This document shows, in pieces, positions 13,059-28,782 of a stretch of 64,000 nt of DNA. The stretch comes from the human T2T-CHM13v2.0 reference genome, Homo sapiens. Both the position numbers and the translations under genes were made by a program. Numbering within the stretch: the first letter of the stretch is position 1; every line of letters starts with the position of its first letter. The stretch is from assembly GCF_009914755.1 (NCBI RefSeq), contig NC_060945.1; one strand, written 5' to 3'. The notes below the pieces were generated by a model, which was not told where the DNA came from, did no database searches, and saw nothing but the letters and a program-made list of their open reading frames with translations.

Positions 13059-16000
13059 CAGGAATACCATGGAGATATTGCGGATTTGATTCCAGACCAC
13101 TGTATTAAAGTGAATATCACAATAAGTCACACAAATATTTTCGTTTCCTAGTACATACAAAAGTTATGTTTACACTATACTGTAGTTGATTAAGTGTGCA
13201 ATAATATGATGTTTAAAAAACAAAGCACATACCTTAATTTAAAAATACTATTGCTTCAAAATGTCAATAGTCATCTGAGCCTTCAGTGAGTCATAATCTC
13301 TTTGCTGGTGGAGGGCCTTGCCTCCATGTAGATGGCTGTTGACTGATCTGCATGGTGGTTACTGAAGGTTGGGATTGGCTATAGCAATTTCTCAAAACAA
13401 GAAAACAATGAAAATTTCTGCATTGATTGACTCTTTCTTTAAAGAAAGATTTCTTTATAGCATTCTATGTTGTTTGATAGCATGTTATCCACAGTAGAAT
13501 TTCTTTCAAAATAAGAGCCATCTATGACAAACCCACAGCAAACATCATGCTGAAGGGGCAAAAGTTGGGAGCATTCCCCTAGAAAACCAGCACAAGACAA
13601 GCATGTCCTCTTTCACTGCTCCTATTCAATGTAGTATTGAAAGTCCTGGTCAGAACAATCAGACAAGAGAAAGAAATAAAGGGCATCCAAATAGAAAGAG
13701 AGGAAGTCAAGCTATTCCTGTTTGCAGATGACATGATTATATATCTAGAAAACTCCATAATCTTAGCCCAAGTTGATACACAACTTCAGCCAAGTCTCAG
13801 GATACAAAATCAGTGTGCTAAAATCACGAGCATTCCTATACACAAACAAGAGTCAAGCTGAGAGCCAAATCAGAAATGCAATCCCATTCACAATTGCCAC
13901 AAAAAGAATAAAATACCTAGGAATACAGCAAACCAGGGAGGTGAAATATCTCTACAAGGAGAACTACAAAACACTGCTCAAATAAATTAAAGATTACACA
14001 AACAAATGAAAACACAGTCCATGCTCATGGATCAGAAGAATCAATATCATTAAAATGGCCATACTTCCCAAAGCAATTTGCAGATCAAATGCTATTTCTA
14101 TCAAACTATGAATGTCATTCTTCACAGAATTAGGAAAAAAACAAACTATATTGTAATGTATATGGAACTACAAAAGATCCCAAATAGCCAAGGCAATCCT
14201 AATCAAAAAGAACAAAGCTGTAGGCTTCACACTATCTAACTTCAAACTATACTACGGGGCTACAGTAACAAAAACAGCATCGTACTAGTACAAAAACAGA
14301 CACCTATACCAACGGAACAAAATAGAGATCACAGAAATAAGACAGCACACCTGCAACTATCCGATCTTTGACACAGCTGGCAAAAACAAGCAATGAGGAA
14401 AGGACTCCATGTATAAATAATGGTGCTGGGATAACAGGTTAGTCTTATGCAGAAAATAGAAACTGGACCCTTTCCTTACACCATGTACAAAAATCAATGC
14501 AAGATGTATTGAAGACTTAAAAGTAAAACCCAAAATTATAAAAACTCTGGAAGACAACCTAGGCAATACAATCTTGGATATAGTAATGGGCAAAGATTTC
14601 ATGACAGTCTCCAAAAGCAGTTGCAACAAAAGCAAAAATTCCCAATGGAATGTAATTAAACTAAAGAGTTTCTGCACAGCAAAAGAAGCTATCAATAGAG
14701 TAAACAGATAACCTAGAGAATGGGAGAAAATTTTAGCAAACTTCATCTAACAAAAGTCTAATAGCCAGCATCTATCAGGAACTTAAACAAATGTATAAGA
14801 AAAACAAACAACCCCATTAAAATATGAGCAAAGGACATGAACACTTTTCAAAAGAAAACATACGTGCAGCCAATGATCATATGAAAGAAAGCTCAACATC
14901 ACTGATCATTAGAGAAGTGAAAATCAAAACGACAATGAGATATCATCTCACACCAGCCAGAACGGCTACTATTAAAGAGTCAAAAAAATAAAGGATGCTG
15001 GCAAAATTCATGAGAAAAAGGAGTGCTTATACACTGTTGGTGGGAGTGTAAATCAGTTCAACCATTGTTGAAAGTAGCTTGGTGATTCCTTAAAAGCTAA
15101 AAACAGAACTACCATTCAACCCAGAATTCCATTACTGGGTATATACCCAAAATAATATAAATCGTTGGACTATAATTATACATGCATGTGTATGTTCATA
15201 ACAGCACTATTCATAACAGCAAAGACATGAAATCAACCTAAATGCCCATCAAAGGCAGATTGAGCAAAGCAAATATGGTAGATACACACCATGGAATGCT
15301 ATGCAGCCATAAAAATGAAAAAGATCATGTCCTTTCCAGAAACATGGATGAAGTTGGAGGCCATTATCCTTAGCGAACTAATGCAGGAACAAAAAACCAA
15401 ATGCTGCGTGTTCTCACTGATAAGTGGGAGCTAAATGATGAGAACAGCAGACACATAGAGGGGACAACAGACACTGGGGTCTACTGGAAGGTGGAGGGTG
15501 AGAGGAGGGAGAGGATCAGGAAAAATAACTAACAGGCACTAGGCTTAATACTTGGGTGACGAAATAATCTGTACGACAAACCCGCATGACAAGGGTTTAC
15601 TTATATAATAAGCCAGCACATGTAGCCCTGAGCTTAAAAGTTAAAAATATTAGAGACAATCAATTTACACTGTATCAAATTAAACTAAATTAAAATTAAA
15701 CTTTATCAACAGAGTTTATGTCATATTGTAAGTACTGCGTTGTCAATTCAACAATGTTGTCACAGCATCTTCACTGAGAGAAGGTTCCATCTCAGTAGAC
15801 CACTTTCTTTGTTCATCCACAAGAAGCAACTACTCATTGTTCGGGCTTTATTATGAGATGGCAGCAATTCAGTCACTTTTTCAGGCTTCATTTCTGATTC
15901 TAGTTCTCTTGTTCTTTCCACCACATCTGTAGTTCATTTTTCCACTGAAGTATTAAACTCCTGAAGGCCATCCATGAAGCCTAGAATAAACTTCTTCCAA

Positions 16001-17596
16001 ACTCCTGTTCATGTCGGTATTTTGATCTTCTTCCATGATCACAAGTGTTCTTAACAACATCCAAAATGGTGAATTCTTTACAGAAGGTTTTCAACGTACT
16101 TTTCCCAGATCCATCAGAGGAACCACTGCACTACCTAAGGAAGTTTTAGCCTTATGAAATGTATTTCTTAAATAATAGGACTTGAAAGTAAAACTTACTC
16201 CTTGAATACGGGCTGCAGAATGGATCTCCTGTTAGCAAGTATGAAATTATTAATCTTCTTGTATATCTCCATCAGAGATCTTGAGTGACCAGATATAGTG
16301 AGCAGTGATATTTTGAAAGGAATTATTTTATTTTATTTTGAGCAGTAAGTCTTAACAGTGGGCTTAAAATATTCAGTAAGCCATTGTGTACCCAGATGTA
16401 CTGTCATCCAGGGTTTGTAGTTCCATTTATAAAACACAGAAAAAGTAGATTTAGCATAATTCTTAAGGGTCTTAAGATTTTTTCAGTGGTAAACGAGCAC
16501 TGGCTTCAACTTAAAGTCAGAAGCTGCAAAGTCCCCTACAAGAAAGTCAGCCTGTCTTTTGAAGCCAGGCATTGACTTTTTTTTCTAGCTATGATAGTTC
16601 TAGATGGCAACTTCTTCCAAGAGAAGGCTGTTTCATCTACACAGAAAAGCTGTTTTTCAGTGTAGCCATATTCACCAGTGACTTTAGCTAGATTTTCTGA
16701 ATAACTTGCTGCTGCTTCTAAATTAGCACTTGCTGCTTCCCCTTGCTCTTGTATGTTATAGAAATGGTTTCTTTCCCTAAACCCCATGAACCATCCTCTG
16801 CTAGCTTCAAACTTTTCTTCTGCAGCTTCCTTACCTCTCTCAGCCTTCACAGACTTGAAAAGGGTTAGGACCTTGCTCTAGATTAGGTTTTAGCTAAAGG
16901 GAATGTTGTGGCAGGTTTCAGACCATTAAAACTATCCATATCAGTAATAAGGCTGTTTTGTTTTCTAGAAATTCACATGTTAACTTGAGTAGTACATTTA
17001 ATTTCCTTCAAGAACTTTTTTTTTGCATTCACAATTAGGCTAACTTGTGCAAGAAAGCTAGCTTTCAGCCTAGCTCCACTTTTGATAAGCATTACTCATT
17101 ACATTTAATTATTTCCAACTTTTGATTTAAAGTGAGAGATGTGTGCTGCTTCCTTTCCTTGAACAGTTAAAGGTCATTGTATGGTTATTAGTTGACCTAA
17201 GTCCAATGTTGTTGTTTGTCAGGGAATAAGGGGTCCAGGGAGAGAAAGAAAGAAGGGGGAATAGTCGATCAGTGGAGCAATCAGAACACACACAACATTT
17301 ATATATTAAGTTTACTATCTTATAATAGTGTGGCTGGTGGTGCCCCAAAATAATTATATTAGTAACAGCAGAAATTGCTAATCATAGATCACCATGACAA
17401 ATATAATAATGATGAAAATGTTTGAAATATTGTAAAAATTACCAAAATGTGACACAGAGACATGAAATGAACACGTTGATTGAAATATGGCACCAAAAGA
17501 CTTGCTCAATGCAAGGTTGCCACAACCTCCAATTGGTAAAAAATTCTGTATCTCCGGAGCACAATAAAGTAAAATACAATAAAATGAGGTATGATG
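13059..17596 (-). mobile_element. Tigger1 DNA transposon, full length (~2.4 kb without the nested L1), transposase pseudogene
   Basis: Degenerate TIRs ta|caggaatacc and gaggtatgatg|ta. ORF 16536-16850 EKFEASRGWF...QGEAASA...FCVDETAFSWKKLPSRT is pogo/Tigger transposase. Confidence 0.93.
13511..15647 (+). mobile_element. 5'-truncated L1PA (PA13-16 type) inside Tigger1
   Basis: RT motif [11 protein letters not shown] (ORF 13637-13861); 3' UTR gagaggatcaggaaaaataactaa. Confidence 0.93.
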
Positions 17597-19776
17597 TAAT
17601 ATATTTTAATTATAAAAATACAGAAAAGGGGAACAGAAGAACACATATAAAACAATAAGAACAAAAAATTACAAAGGTGACAAACAGAAAGAAAAAATCA
17701 AATGATGCACTTAAATCTAACCATATTAGTAATAGCATTAAGTATTAATGGCCTATAGATTCCAATTAAAATGAAGAAATTGACAGATTTGATCTTAAAA
17801 AAGAATGATTCAAATATATTCTGACCATAATAGGTACATTACAACAGAAATAAGCTGAAAGTACAAAATTAATATACGTATACCATCTGCTCAAGTGACA
17901 ATATAAAATTTATTAAATAAAATGATTTTCAAAATAAAGAGCATTAATAGAAAGGAAAATATATACTTCATGAAAATGAAAGGAACAATTGCTTAAAAAA
18001 CATAACCATTACAATTGTGGATATGTCTAGACCCAAAATACAGGAACAAAAATTGACATGATAAAAGAGAAAAACAGCCACTTCCACACCATACATAAGA
18101 GATTTTAATGTCTCTCTTTCAGCAATTGATTGAAAAATTATATGAAGAGTAACACAAAGGAGCAAACAACATTATCTTTCACTTTTCTATTCCAAAAAAG
18201 CAAAATACGTTTTTATCAAGGGCACATTGTGTATTTACTAAGGAAAACATATGCTAAGTTATAACAAAATCTCCATAAATTTAATGGATTGAAATCATAC
18301 AAAGTGTTCTTTGAAAATAAAGCACATAAACTGTGCTTATATAAGAAAATAGATAAATTCAGTAAACACACTCTCCATGTTAACAAATTAGATTTACAAA
18401 ATAGAAAATCAGATACAAAGTAAGTAGAAGTCAAGAAAAAATAAATAAGAGCAGAAATCTCTGAAATTAAATAGACAAAAGAGAACACTAGCAAAATCAA
18501 AACCAGTATATATGAAAGAAGTTTGCCAAACCTTTAGCTCAAATGATCAAGAAATAAGGAAAGAAAAAACAAATTGCAGGTTTCAGGAATAAAAAAGGGG
18601 GTTATAACAGAATCTGTAGACATTAAAAGATGAGCATATGTATTCTACCAAATTCAATAAAAGTATAAAAATAAAAAATTCAAATATATAATTTATCATA
18701 TTTGACATTAAATCTTAATAATGGAAAATAGATTATAATATTATTAAAAAGGTTTCAAAAACTCCACTACCTGCATGCTCAGATTATTTCAGTGATAAAT
18801 TCTAATGAATGTTACAGAAAAACATAATAATCAATTTAACACAAACTTTTTCCAAACACAAGAAAATGAGGGAGTACAACTCAATCTTTTTCTTTATGGC
18901 TAACATTACCCCAACATTAAGAACTTACAAAGATATTGCAAGAAGGAAAAGGAGGGGAAAGCATAGAGGAGGAGGAGGAGGAAGAAGAGAGAGGTAGAGA
19001 AAGATAAAGAGAATTACAAATCAATATATCTCAAAGATGGAATAATTATTCAGAAAATATTATCAAATTGAATTACTGAATCTAACAATATAGGTAGAGT
19101 GGATGATACAGCAAGACCAAGTAGTGTTTATTCCAGGACTGAAAAGTTGGTCTAACATTTGAAATAGAAGCAATGAAATTTACCATATTAACAAGAAAAA
19201 AGTTAATGAATTTCAACATACACAGATAAAAAAATTGAAAAATATGTTATACTCATTCAGGAAAAAATGCTCAATAAACTAGAATAGAAAGGGAATTTCC
19301 TCAACTTATTAAAGGGCATCTATTCTCCTAACATTATACTTCATGGCAGAGACAACTAATTTTCCCTTTGAGATCTTGAATAAAGGCAAGAATTCTCACT
19401 TTTACTAACACTTCTGTTTAATTTTAAGATCATACCATTTATAATAGGGCCAATGGCATACAAATCTAACAAAGAGATGTATAAAAACTATAATCTCAAT
19501 ACTGCAAAATATTGGAATTAAATACTACCTCAATAAGCAGACAGTTATACAATGCTTATAATATAGAAAAACTATGATCCAAATACTACAATATTGGAAT
19601 TAAATACTACCTCAGTAAGTAGAAAGTTATACAATGCTTATGAGATAAAATGTTCTATTTTTCTTAAGATAACAGATCTTCCCAAATTTACCTATAGATT
19701 CAATGCTACACCAATCAAACTCTAACAAGCTTTTTGGTGATTATTAACAAACTGATTATAAATTATAAATTAAATA

Positions 19777-20062
19777 TGCCAGGTGCAGTGGCTCATGCCT
19801 GTAATCTCAACACTTTGGGAGGCCAAAGCAGGTAGATCACCTGAGGTCAGGAGTTAGAGACTAGTCTGGCCAACATGGCAAAACCCCATCTCTACTGAAA
19901 ATACAAAATTTAGCTGGGCGTGGTGATGGGCGCCTGTAATCCTAGCTGCTCGGAGGCTGAGGAAGAAGAATAGCTTGAACATGGGAGGCAGAAGTTGCAG
20001 TGAGGTGAGATTGTGCCACTGCACTCCAGCTTAGGCAACAAGAGAGAAACTCTGTCTCAAAT
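19777..20062 (+). mobile_element. AluS (Sq-like)
   Basis: Full dimer, caacaagagagaaactc. Confidence 0.92.
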
Positions 20063-20604
20063 AAATTAATTGATTAATTAATTGTATTAATAATTATTAA
20101 TAATTATATTAATAATTATTTTATTATAAAGAGGACCTAGACTAATCAAATCATTTTTTCAAGTTTGGAGAACTTGTTCTAACTATTATCAAGATTTACT
20201 ATAAATTTACAACTAATCAAGTTGGTTTGGCATTGGCTAAATATAAACATGTAGATCAGTAGAACAGAACAAAAATTCCACATCTCTGGTCACATACATG
20301 GTCAATTGATTTAAAACAAAGGTTCCAAAGCAATCAAACAGGGAAACATAAAATCAACAAAGGATACTGGATCAGCTGGATATCCATAAGAAAAGATGCC
20401 AGCATCATGTTTTAGCTCACACCACAGAGAAACATTGATTCAAAATGGATCATTGACCTAAATAAAAACTAAAACTATAAAATTTTTAGAGGCAGTTGGA
20501 GAAAATCTTTCTACCTTGGGGTAGGTTGAGATTTCTTAGAATATAAAATGCACAAACCATAATACAAAACAGAATGGTAAAATGGACTTCATCAAAATTA
20601 AAGT

Positions 20605-20730
20605 TTTACTTTTTTCCTTTTCTTTTTGTTATTTGTGTAAATTTAGGGGGTAAAAGTGCAATTTTGATACATGGACATGTAATATTTCATAGTGATGAAG
20701 TTTAGACTTTCATTGTATGCATCAGCTGAC
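20605..20730 (-). mobile_element. L1MA 3' end fragment
   Basis: aatttagggggtaaaagtgcaattttgatacatgg...agtgatgaagtttagacttt. Confidence 0.65.
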
Positions 20731-20958
20731 TCTTTTATTTAAAAAAAGGCAAGACATTGAGAAAAAATAGTGAGAATTTTCATATCAGACAGGTGTTCTG
20801 TATCCAGACTATTTTAAAAATACAATTTACTGATAGATGGATAACAACAACAAAAACTAAATACGACATAATTTTAAAAAAGACAAATGATTTGTAAATA
20901 TTTCACCAAAGTAGACATGTAAAAAGCAAATAACCACATTAAAATATGTTTAGCATCA

Positions 20959-21303
<345 letters not shown>

Positions 21304-23618
21304 TTAGATAAAATAAAATAAACATCCCAAGTGTTGCCAAGTCTGTGCAGCAACCTAAATTCTCATGCACTTCTGGTAGGAATATGAAATGTATACCTAC
21401 TTCTAAGAAAAAACTTGACACTTTTTAAAATAATAATCATTCACCTATATGAACGTGACACTCCACTTCTATTATTCATCCTCCAAAAATATTAAAACAT
21501 ATATATTCACACAAAGCCTTGTACACAAAGGTTTATAACAGCTTCATATAATAGTTCCCAAATGGAAACAGCTGAAATGCAACAAGTGAATGGGTAAATT
21601 GTGGTATATTCATACAATGAATAATCACTCAGCAATAAAATAGAAGGAACTTTGATATATGAATCAATATGGATAATCCTTACTCTTATCGAAATCCTTA
21701 CTCTGAGTCAAAAAATCCAGGCAAGAATGCATACACAGTATATCCCATTTATATAAGTTTTTTAAAATGCAAAATACTTGGATGAAAGGTGGTCAGTAAC
21801 TAAGTTGTTGCCTGAAGATGGGCATAGAGGGAGCCTTGGATTAAGCAAGACAGTAGGACACTTTGGGTGGTAATGAAAATGTCGGTTTTCTTGATTATAA
21901 TGATGGCTTCAAGCACAGATACAGATATTAAAACCGGTAAATTTTTCAAATATGTGCAGTTTATTTTAATTAAATTATTCATCAATAGAGTTTAAGACAC
22001 AAACAACTGGATTCCACCAGAAAACTAAATATATTACCTTGTTAAATTGATGCCTAAGTGAAGCATAGCGCCTCATAGCAGAAAGGGTTAAATTTATTTC
22101 ATTAATCCTCTGTTTTGAAAAAGTGATCACTAGATAAGTTTGTTCAAAAAGAGACAAAAATAATAACAAAAACAACTAGGCTTTGACTGAAAATCCAGTG
22201 CCTTAAAAACTGTAGAGAATTTCTACACTGTTTCTTTCTTTTGTCCTTAAAGTTTATGCCACAATATACAAGAAGCTAAGAAAGTTGGACAAATGTAACA
22301 AGTTACGGTTCAGGGAATGACAGGGAAGATACCAATATCCCCAAATCCATAAAAGTCCTTGATTGAGAAGTTCATGGAAGTTGACAGGGGGTTTAAAACC
22401 ATGAAGCCTCAAATACAAGGTTGTCCTCACTAGATCAAATGTGTCTCATCTAAGGAGAAAATTATTGTACTTACATCATTAGAGGCATTTATGGAATGTT
22501 TAATATTACATGATCCAAGAAACAAACAAGGACATCAGAAAATTTAGGAAGTTTGGTGAATGCCTGCATATGAGGTTTTGTGATCTTCTGGGATTAAGGG
22601 TGGAGAATCTTCTCTTAGTTTAATGTGGGCACTTTGAGCTGAGTACTGGACTAAAAATTCTGATCACAGTCATTCTCTAAATATTAGTCTGTGTCAAAGA
22701 GTTCAAATGTGTGACTTCCAGACTCTTAAATGTTATTTCACCATCTGTGTCCTTTCAAGCGATTCAACAAAGAATTAAGCAACAGAAAGAATGAGAAAAC
22801 AGGCCACTAACAGAGAGAATGTAACACCACCAATGGCACATTAATACACAGCTTCAACAGCTCAACTCACTACCCCCTATGGCCCGGTTTATTATACAAG
22901 GAGAGGATTGAGGAGAGAGACCACCTGAATCTGCATAACTTAGCTATTTGCACTAAGATATTTTTGTCTAGGAAGTCAAGATAACAGAAGAATAAATAAT
23001 TTCACATTGCTTTAGAAAATCCTTGGAACCAATTTTTCTGAGTAAAAGGTTTTCTCATTTGGGCATGTTGCCTTGTCTGGGCAAAAGTTTACTTACCTAA
23101 ACAAAGAGTTTCCCTACAAGAAAAATCATTTGCTAATTAAAACTGGCTTTCATTATGCATTGAGTTTCTCCCTACTTTATTAAATATAGTATTTTTAAAA
23201 GAAAAGCTAAATCATCCAAAGTGATACATATATAGCAATGTGTAAGCTATATATGTTGTCCAAAGAATGTCATTCAAACCTGTTTCCTCCCTTGTACCTT
23301 CATTTCCACCAGATAAAAACCCAGCATGCTAAAAGGTTTTTTTTTTTTTTTTATTAATCTCAGGTAGTAGAAGATACATAGAGTCCATTTAATTTTTAAA
23401 ACACAGACCCAAAAAATGAGAATGTTTACCCAATGTGCTTATTTTACTTTAGTCCGTGATCAAAGGTGAGATTTCTCATTCACTTCACTCCCAGAAACAT
23501 GATGCTGTCACTTGCATTCAATGAAGAGAATATGGTCTTTCTTCCCCCTTTCTTGCTCACCACTTCCCTTACTCACTGTTTCATACTCTGCCAGAGTTTA
23601 AAGACGGTTGTAGGGGTG

Positions 23619-24035
23619 TCTATTAGCCCATTTTAACATTCCTATAAAGAAATACTTGAGACTGGGTAATTTATAAAGAAAAGAGGTTTAACTGGCTTTA
23701 CAGGAAGCATTGTGCTGGCATCTGCTAGATTTCTGGATAGACCTCAGGAAACTTACAGTCAAGGTGGAAGACAAATGGGAAGCAGGCATGTCACATGAAG
23801 AAAGGAAGAGCAAGTGACAGAGAGTGGGGTTGGAGGAGGTGCTGTACACTTTTAAATGACCAGATTCTGTGTGAACTCAGAGAGAGAGCTTACTTATCGC
23901 CAAGGGGACAGCCCAAGCCATTCATGAGGGATCTGCGCCCATGATCCGAACATCTCCCACCAGGCCCCACCTCCAACATTGGGCATTACAAGTCAGCATG
24001 AGATTTGGGTAGGGACAAGCATTCAAACTACATCA
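23619..24035 (-). mobile_element. MSTB-type solo LTR
   Basis: MST motifs (gagactgggtaatttataaagaaaagagg, gccattcatgagggatctgc); TSD gggtg/cggtg. Confidence 0.88.
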
Positions 24036-26664
24036 CGGTGGGAGGAGAAAAGCATATGGCCAAGTTCTTATTTCTCCTCCACTCTCTCTAGTGAACATTT
24101 TCATAGATACTTCAGAGGCTACTCTTGAAGTAGTGCCTCTTCTTCATCTACTTCTTCCTGATATCTCATCAGTGGTTGATCTTAAAATCTCATTCACATA
24201 GACTCTGCTTTATAGTCCTGCCATGCTACCCTAGTGGATATTCTGAAGCAAGATTCCTATCAAAATGACCTTGGTCGTAAATAGCTGGATTGAGTTCCAG
24301 AACTCACCCCTAGGTTTTATGTTTCTGTTACTATTTACAGTTGTTAGAAGGAAATACAGTTATTTATCAAGTCAGCAACAACATTTCTCATCCCCAACCC
24401 TATTCTTTTTCTTCTCTCTTCTCTATCCACCATCCTGCCAAAGACATTTTGCATAACAAAATCAGTCATGGTTAAGCACATGACTGCATGAAACCTTTTT
24501 CCAACTCCCCAAGGGACCTCCTGGAAAGCCCCCTCATCAGGCTTGAGATTAGAATTTACCTTCATCCTTCATTTATTGATTAACAGTTGATTTGGGATTT
24601 GCAGGAAAATCAGAGTATGAAAATAATTTTTCCCAGAGATATATCTTTAGGGCCCAAAGTTTAAATCCCCTTCTTGATCTTTTTGTGTCCTGATGCAAGT
24701 GAGGATTTTCAAAAGTTTTATAAAAAACAAAAATACTTAACTGTTTCCTTGGAAATTTACATTTTGGCCTGTTACCTAACTCACTTTTGAATCTGTTATT
24801 TATTTCACCTCAGACATCAATAAGACATTTTCCAAATTAACATCCAGTCACAAATATTTCAAAATTTTACATCAGAGATGGGATGATAGGTAGGGGAAAG
24901 AACTTAGTGTCATTTGTTAAAAATATTAATAAGTAGAAAATATTTTTGTACTTAATAACGTATCTATTGGAATAAAATAGATTTCTGAAAGGAAATAACA
25001 ATCGTTTATTACTGCATTGTAGAAATATAGAAAGACTTTATATTTTTAAAATAGATTTTTAATTTTTAATTAATTTATGGTAATTACACAGTAGTACACA
25101 CTTAATCAGAATGAAAAATTCATGGTTTTTTTTTTTAACAGAAAATAAACTTTAAAGTAAGAAGAGAAAAATTCTGGATAAACAATTCCAGCCTCTTCCT
25201 TTGTTTATTCCATTTTCTGCTGGGTTATCACCTCAATTCTCACAAATCCCGCCAACCAAAGCTTGTGGTGTATGCATGTGTCATGAGAGAAATTGCTACA
25301 GTATTAATACTGAGTCTTTTTTGAAGTATATTGACCCACATCTAAGTTAGAAAGCTATATTTTGGTGTTACACTCTGTATTCTTTGGTCCTAATGCTAAA
25401 GTTTTAATGCTGTCAGATGTTAGCAGCCAGTTTTTTTCTTTTTTCTTTTTCGTTTTAACCTCATTTTCACTCTCTTAAAGTCAAAATATGCCTAACTAAC
25501 TACAGTTGCTAAGATTGGCATTTTAAAATGCCATCAAATGGTCACAGTGTAAAGGATCTTTCACAGTTGAAGAAAACCCACACACAGGGTAGATTTGTTT
25601 TTGACCCATTAGTAAGCTTAGATAGCTCACAAAACACAGGATCACTTCAAGGCAGCACACCTCTAGTTAAGATGCATTTGCAGTGACAGGGAAATGCCAG
25701 GTTTCTGATACAGATTTTTTTATATATAATTATTACAGATATTTTATATATATATATAATTATATATGTACATATATATAATTTTGTAGACAGACATCTT
25801 CAGGGATAATTCTTTTATAAAATGAAATAGCAGTATTTTAGTATTATATTGACATATGTCTATGATTAAAAACCACGTTGAAATATTGAATGATTAGGCA
25901 CCTGCTAATTTCTCATCAGAACTCTTTGAGAAAGTAGTGGGAATAAGTATAATTTAGATGATGCAACATTGAGTAATCAGTATGAGAACAGCTTGTAAAC
26001 TGATGACATTGGCTTGAATTTGGCTGATAAAAAATTAGAAAAATAACTATACTTTTCCTATTGTACCATTTTTTCCTCTCAAGCAGAATAATATTTCTTC
26101 TGCACCTGGAACCAGACTTCTGAACTCATTTCAAGTGACTGAACCATTATTGAGATATTAAAACAGGTGTTACTAAACCTACCAGTTATTAGGTTTTCTT
26201 CATATATCTATAATTTTTAATGTACAAATATTTACTTATTTGTGTGTTATGCCCCTTTACTAGATTATCATTTCTGGAATATTCAAATCTGTATCACATT
26301 CACTTTTTCCACAATACTTTGTATTCAATACTTATTTTCAAAATGTCATTTGTGTTGTTAATTACACGTAAATTCCTTGGTTCTCAAGTGACTTATTTTC
26401 AGCAGGTGTAGAGAGAGATAATCCTGTATAAACTAGCATTCTGTATGCAGCTTTGGATTCATTGTGCACTTTGAAAAATCAAGATCTTGAGAGCAATGCT
26501 TAAATTTACCGGGGAAATTTATTTTTAAGAACAATTGAAATTTGGTTATTTTTTACACACAGATTTCATGACTATAAATAAAAAGATTTTTGACTGTGTA
26601 AATAAAGTTGATGTTGACAATTTATTTTTTAATAACAATAGTGAATATGTAATTATCTAAACCC

Positions 26665-26877
26665 GAAGTTAGCAATTTTATTTTATAAATGGCCAGGAAG
26701 TTAATACTTGGCTTTGTGACCATACTCTCTCTTGCATCTATGCAACTCTGTCTGTCATTTTAGCATTAAAGAATCCATGGACAATAGGTAAATGAGTATG
26801 TTGATTTTCAGTAAAACTTTACTTCAACAACATGCAGATAGCTTGACTTGATCATGGGCTATAGTTGCTTACTCTTA
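26665..26877 (+). mobile_element. MER58A (hAT-Charlie MITE)
   Basis: Colinear with recalled consensus: taaatggccag...ggctttgtgaccata...ccatggacaataggtaaatgag...taaaactttact. Confidence 0.7.
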
Positions 26878-27577
26878 ATCAAACACATGATTATATAAAA
26901 AGACAAGTTATATTATTCAGTGAGTTTCTGATACTAATTTTTATAATTTTTATCACATTCTTAAATTGGTGAAAACCCTTTGTTGAAACCAAAGACTGTT
27001 TTCTGGTCTGTTTTGAATTCCTCTTTGTTGTCTATTCTAATGTTTTCATACTCGTTTTTATGATTATGTAAGTTTCCACATTGGGATGTATTTGTCCTTT
27101 GCATCTTTTAAAAATTCTTGAACATATGTTTGAGCTTCAATTTCTCAAGTACATCAATTAAATATTGGTAGCATATCTAGGGAGATGTCATCCTCACATT
27201 ATTCTCTACAGTGTTCTTTCGAATGACTTACTTTGCTGGAAAGTCTATTATCTATGGTCATGTGAGTTTATTTTTCTCTCTAAGTACTACTTTATCTGTT
27301 TGAATCCTTTTTCTATGAAGTTGATACAGTTAGTTGACAATGTAAAAGCAAGGAAAGAAGTGAGTGGTAAAGAAGAAAGGACAAAGAAAGAAAAAGTGAA
27401 AAGAAATGAGAGAAGGAAGGTCAAAGCAATGTGATTTTGTTTTTTTGGAAGAAAGATTGGCTTCTTAAATGAAAGCAGGTATGAAAATACTCACTATATT
27501 TGACATTATTGTTTTGATCAGATGTCACATAAAATCCAAAATATGCCCAGGATTAACACATTAAATAGTCACCCGCT

Positions 27578-28300
27578 GTGCTTAATTATGTTATTGTCCC
27601 CAGTTATTGACTGCCTTCCCTATAAGGAAATTACACCTTTTTGCTAAATCCTATATGTCCTGCATGGACTCTTGATGGCATAACTTTTCTCCTTCTCTTT
27701 GACATCATATTGGACCTTGTGATTTGCTATGGCCAAAGAAAGGTGAGCGCTCCAAAAGAAATGGTAAAATCCTTTTTCTAGCTCTGGCATTGCTTTATCC
27801 ACTCTATCACAAATAACAGCATGACATAGTTTGGAGCTCTTCCTTCAGTTTAGATTCCTGAATAAAGAAGCTAAATGGAGCACAATTAGCAGTGCAGTTC
27901 CAAAGCCAAACTGCAGTTGGAATGTCGCATGGGTGAGAAAGAAATCACTGGTTGTGAGCCAATGAGATTTTGATGTTGTTACTACAGAATAACTTAGTAA
28001 GAGTTTAAAAATACAAAAAATATATAAGGACTGGGTGCTAAAGTAATTAAAATCTAATATAAGTGATATTGGCTTCAGGAAAAGGCAGCAGATAGCAAGA
28101 AAATTGTTACTAGAAATTGGACATTGAGAATCATCTTGTTCATAAGCACAAGCATCTAATAATCTGTTGTGATAACTTGAACGTCATACATTATACCAAT
28201 TGAGCTTCTGGATTATTAAAGAAGTTTACGAATACACTGCTGCAAACGTGCCTTAGTGTCTATAGGTTAGATTTACTAAGAACCTAAAAGAAAGAGTTGA
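27578..28300 (+). mobile_element. Old MLT1 (I/J-type) LTR followed by the start of MLT1-int
   Basis: ccttgtgatttgctatggccaa; 3' end gagccaatgagatttt...ttactacagaataac...aataca near 28014, then internal-like sequence. Confidence 0.55.
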
Positions 28301-28782
28301 GTTTCAAAAAGATTTGGCTGCCGTACAAGCAAAAATAAAAGAGAAAAGAGATATTCTATAAATTTCAAAATTTTTAATGATATGATATAATTTTTTTATC
28401 TACAACCAAATAAACTTAAATAGAGAAATGCAAAACAAAGACAAATAACTACCAAGTCTTAAATGTTAGACATAAAATCAGACACTTTATAGTTAGAAAA
28501 AAATGGCTCGAGGGAAATTCCAAGAGTTGGCTAATGGCTGTTAACCTCAAGCTATAAACAATGAAGACTAGAGAATAATGTGCCATATGTTGAAAATAAG
28601 TGTAAGTATAATATTTAGTGAATAGAGCCAACTGACATCAAATTGATTAAAAAGATGATTATATTTTTTGAAAAATCACTGCCAAAGGGCAAGCAGTTGA
28701 GACCTAAGCAGCTTGCATGGTTGATAGAAGGTGAGCAAAAGAGACCTATGCTGTGCCTGAGCAGTAGGGTAAAAAGTAATTG

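Noticed and set aside
16536-16850. Domesticated TIGD1-like gene
   Set aside because: Only a 104-aa open piece of a Tigger1 that is otherwise broken and interrupted by L1.
23226-23257. 11-bp inverted repeat acatatatagc/gctatatatgt
   Set aside because: Short and TA-rich; expected by chance or slippage.
25516-25533. Perfect 18-bp palindrome tggcattttaaaatgcca
   Set aside because: Isolated, AT-centred, no supporting context.
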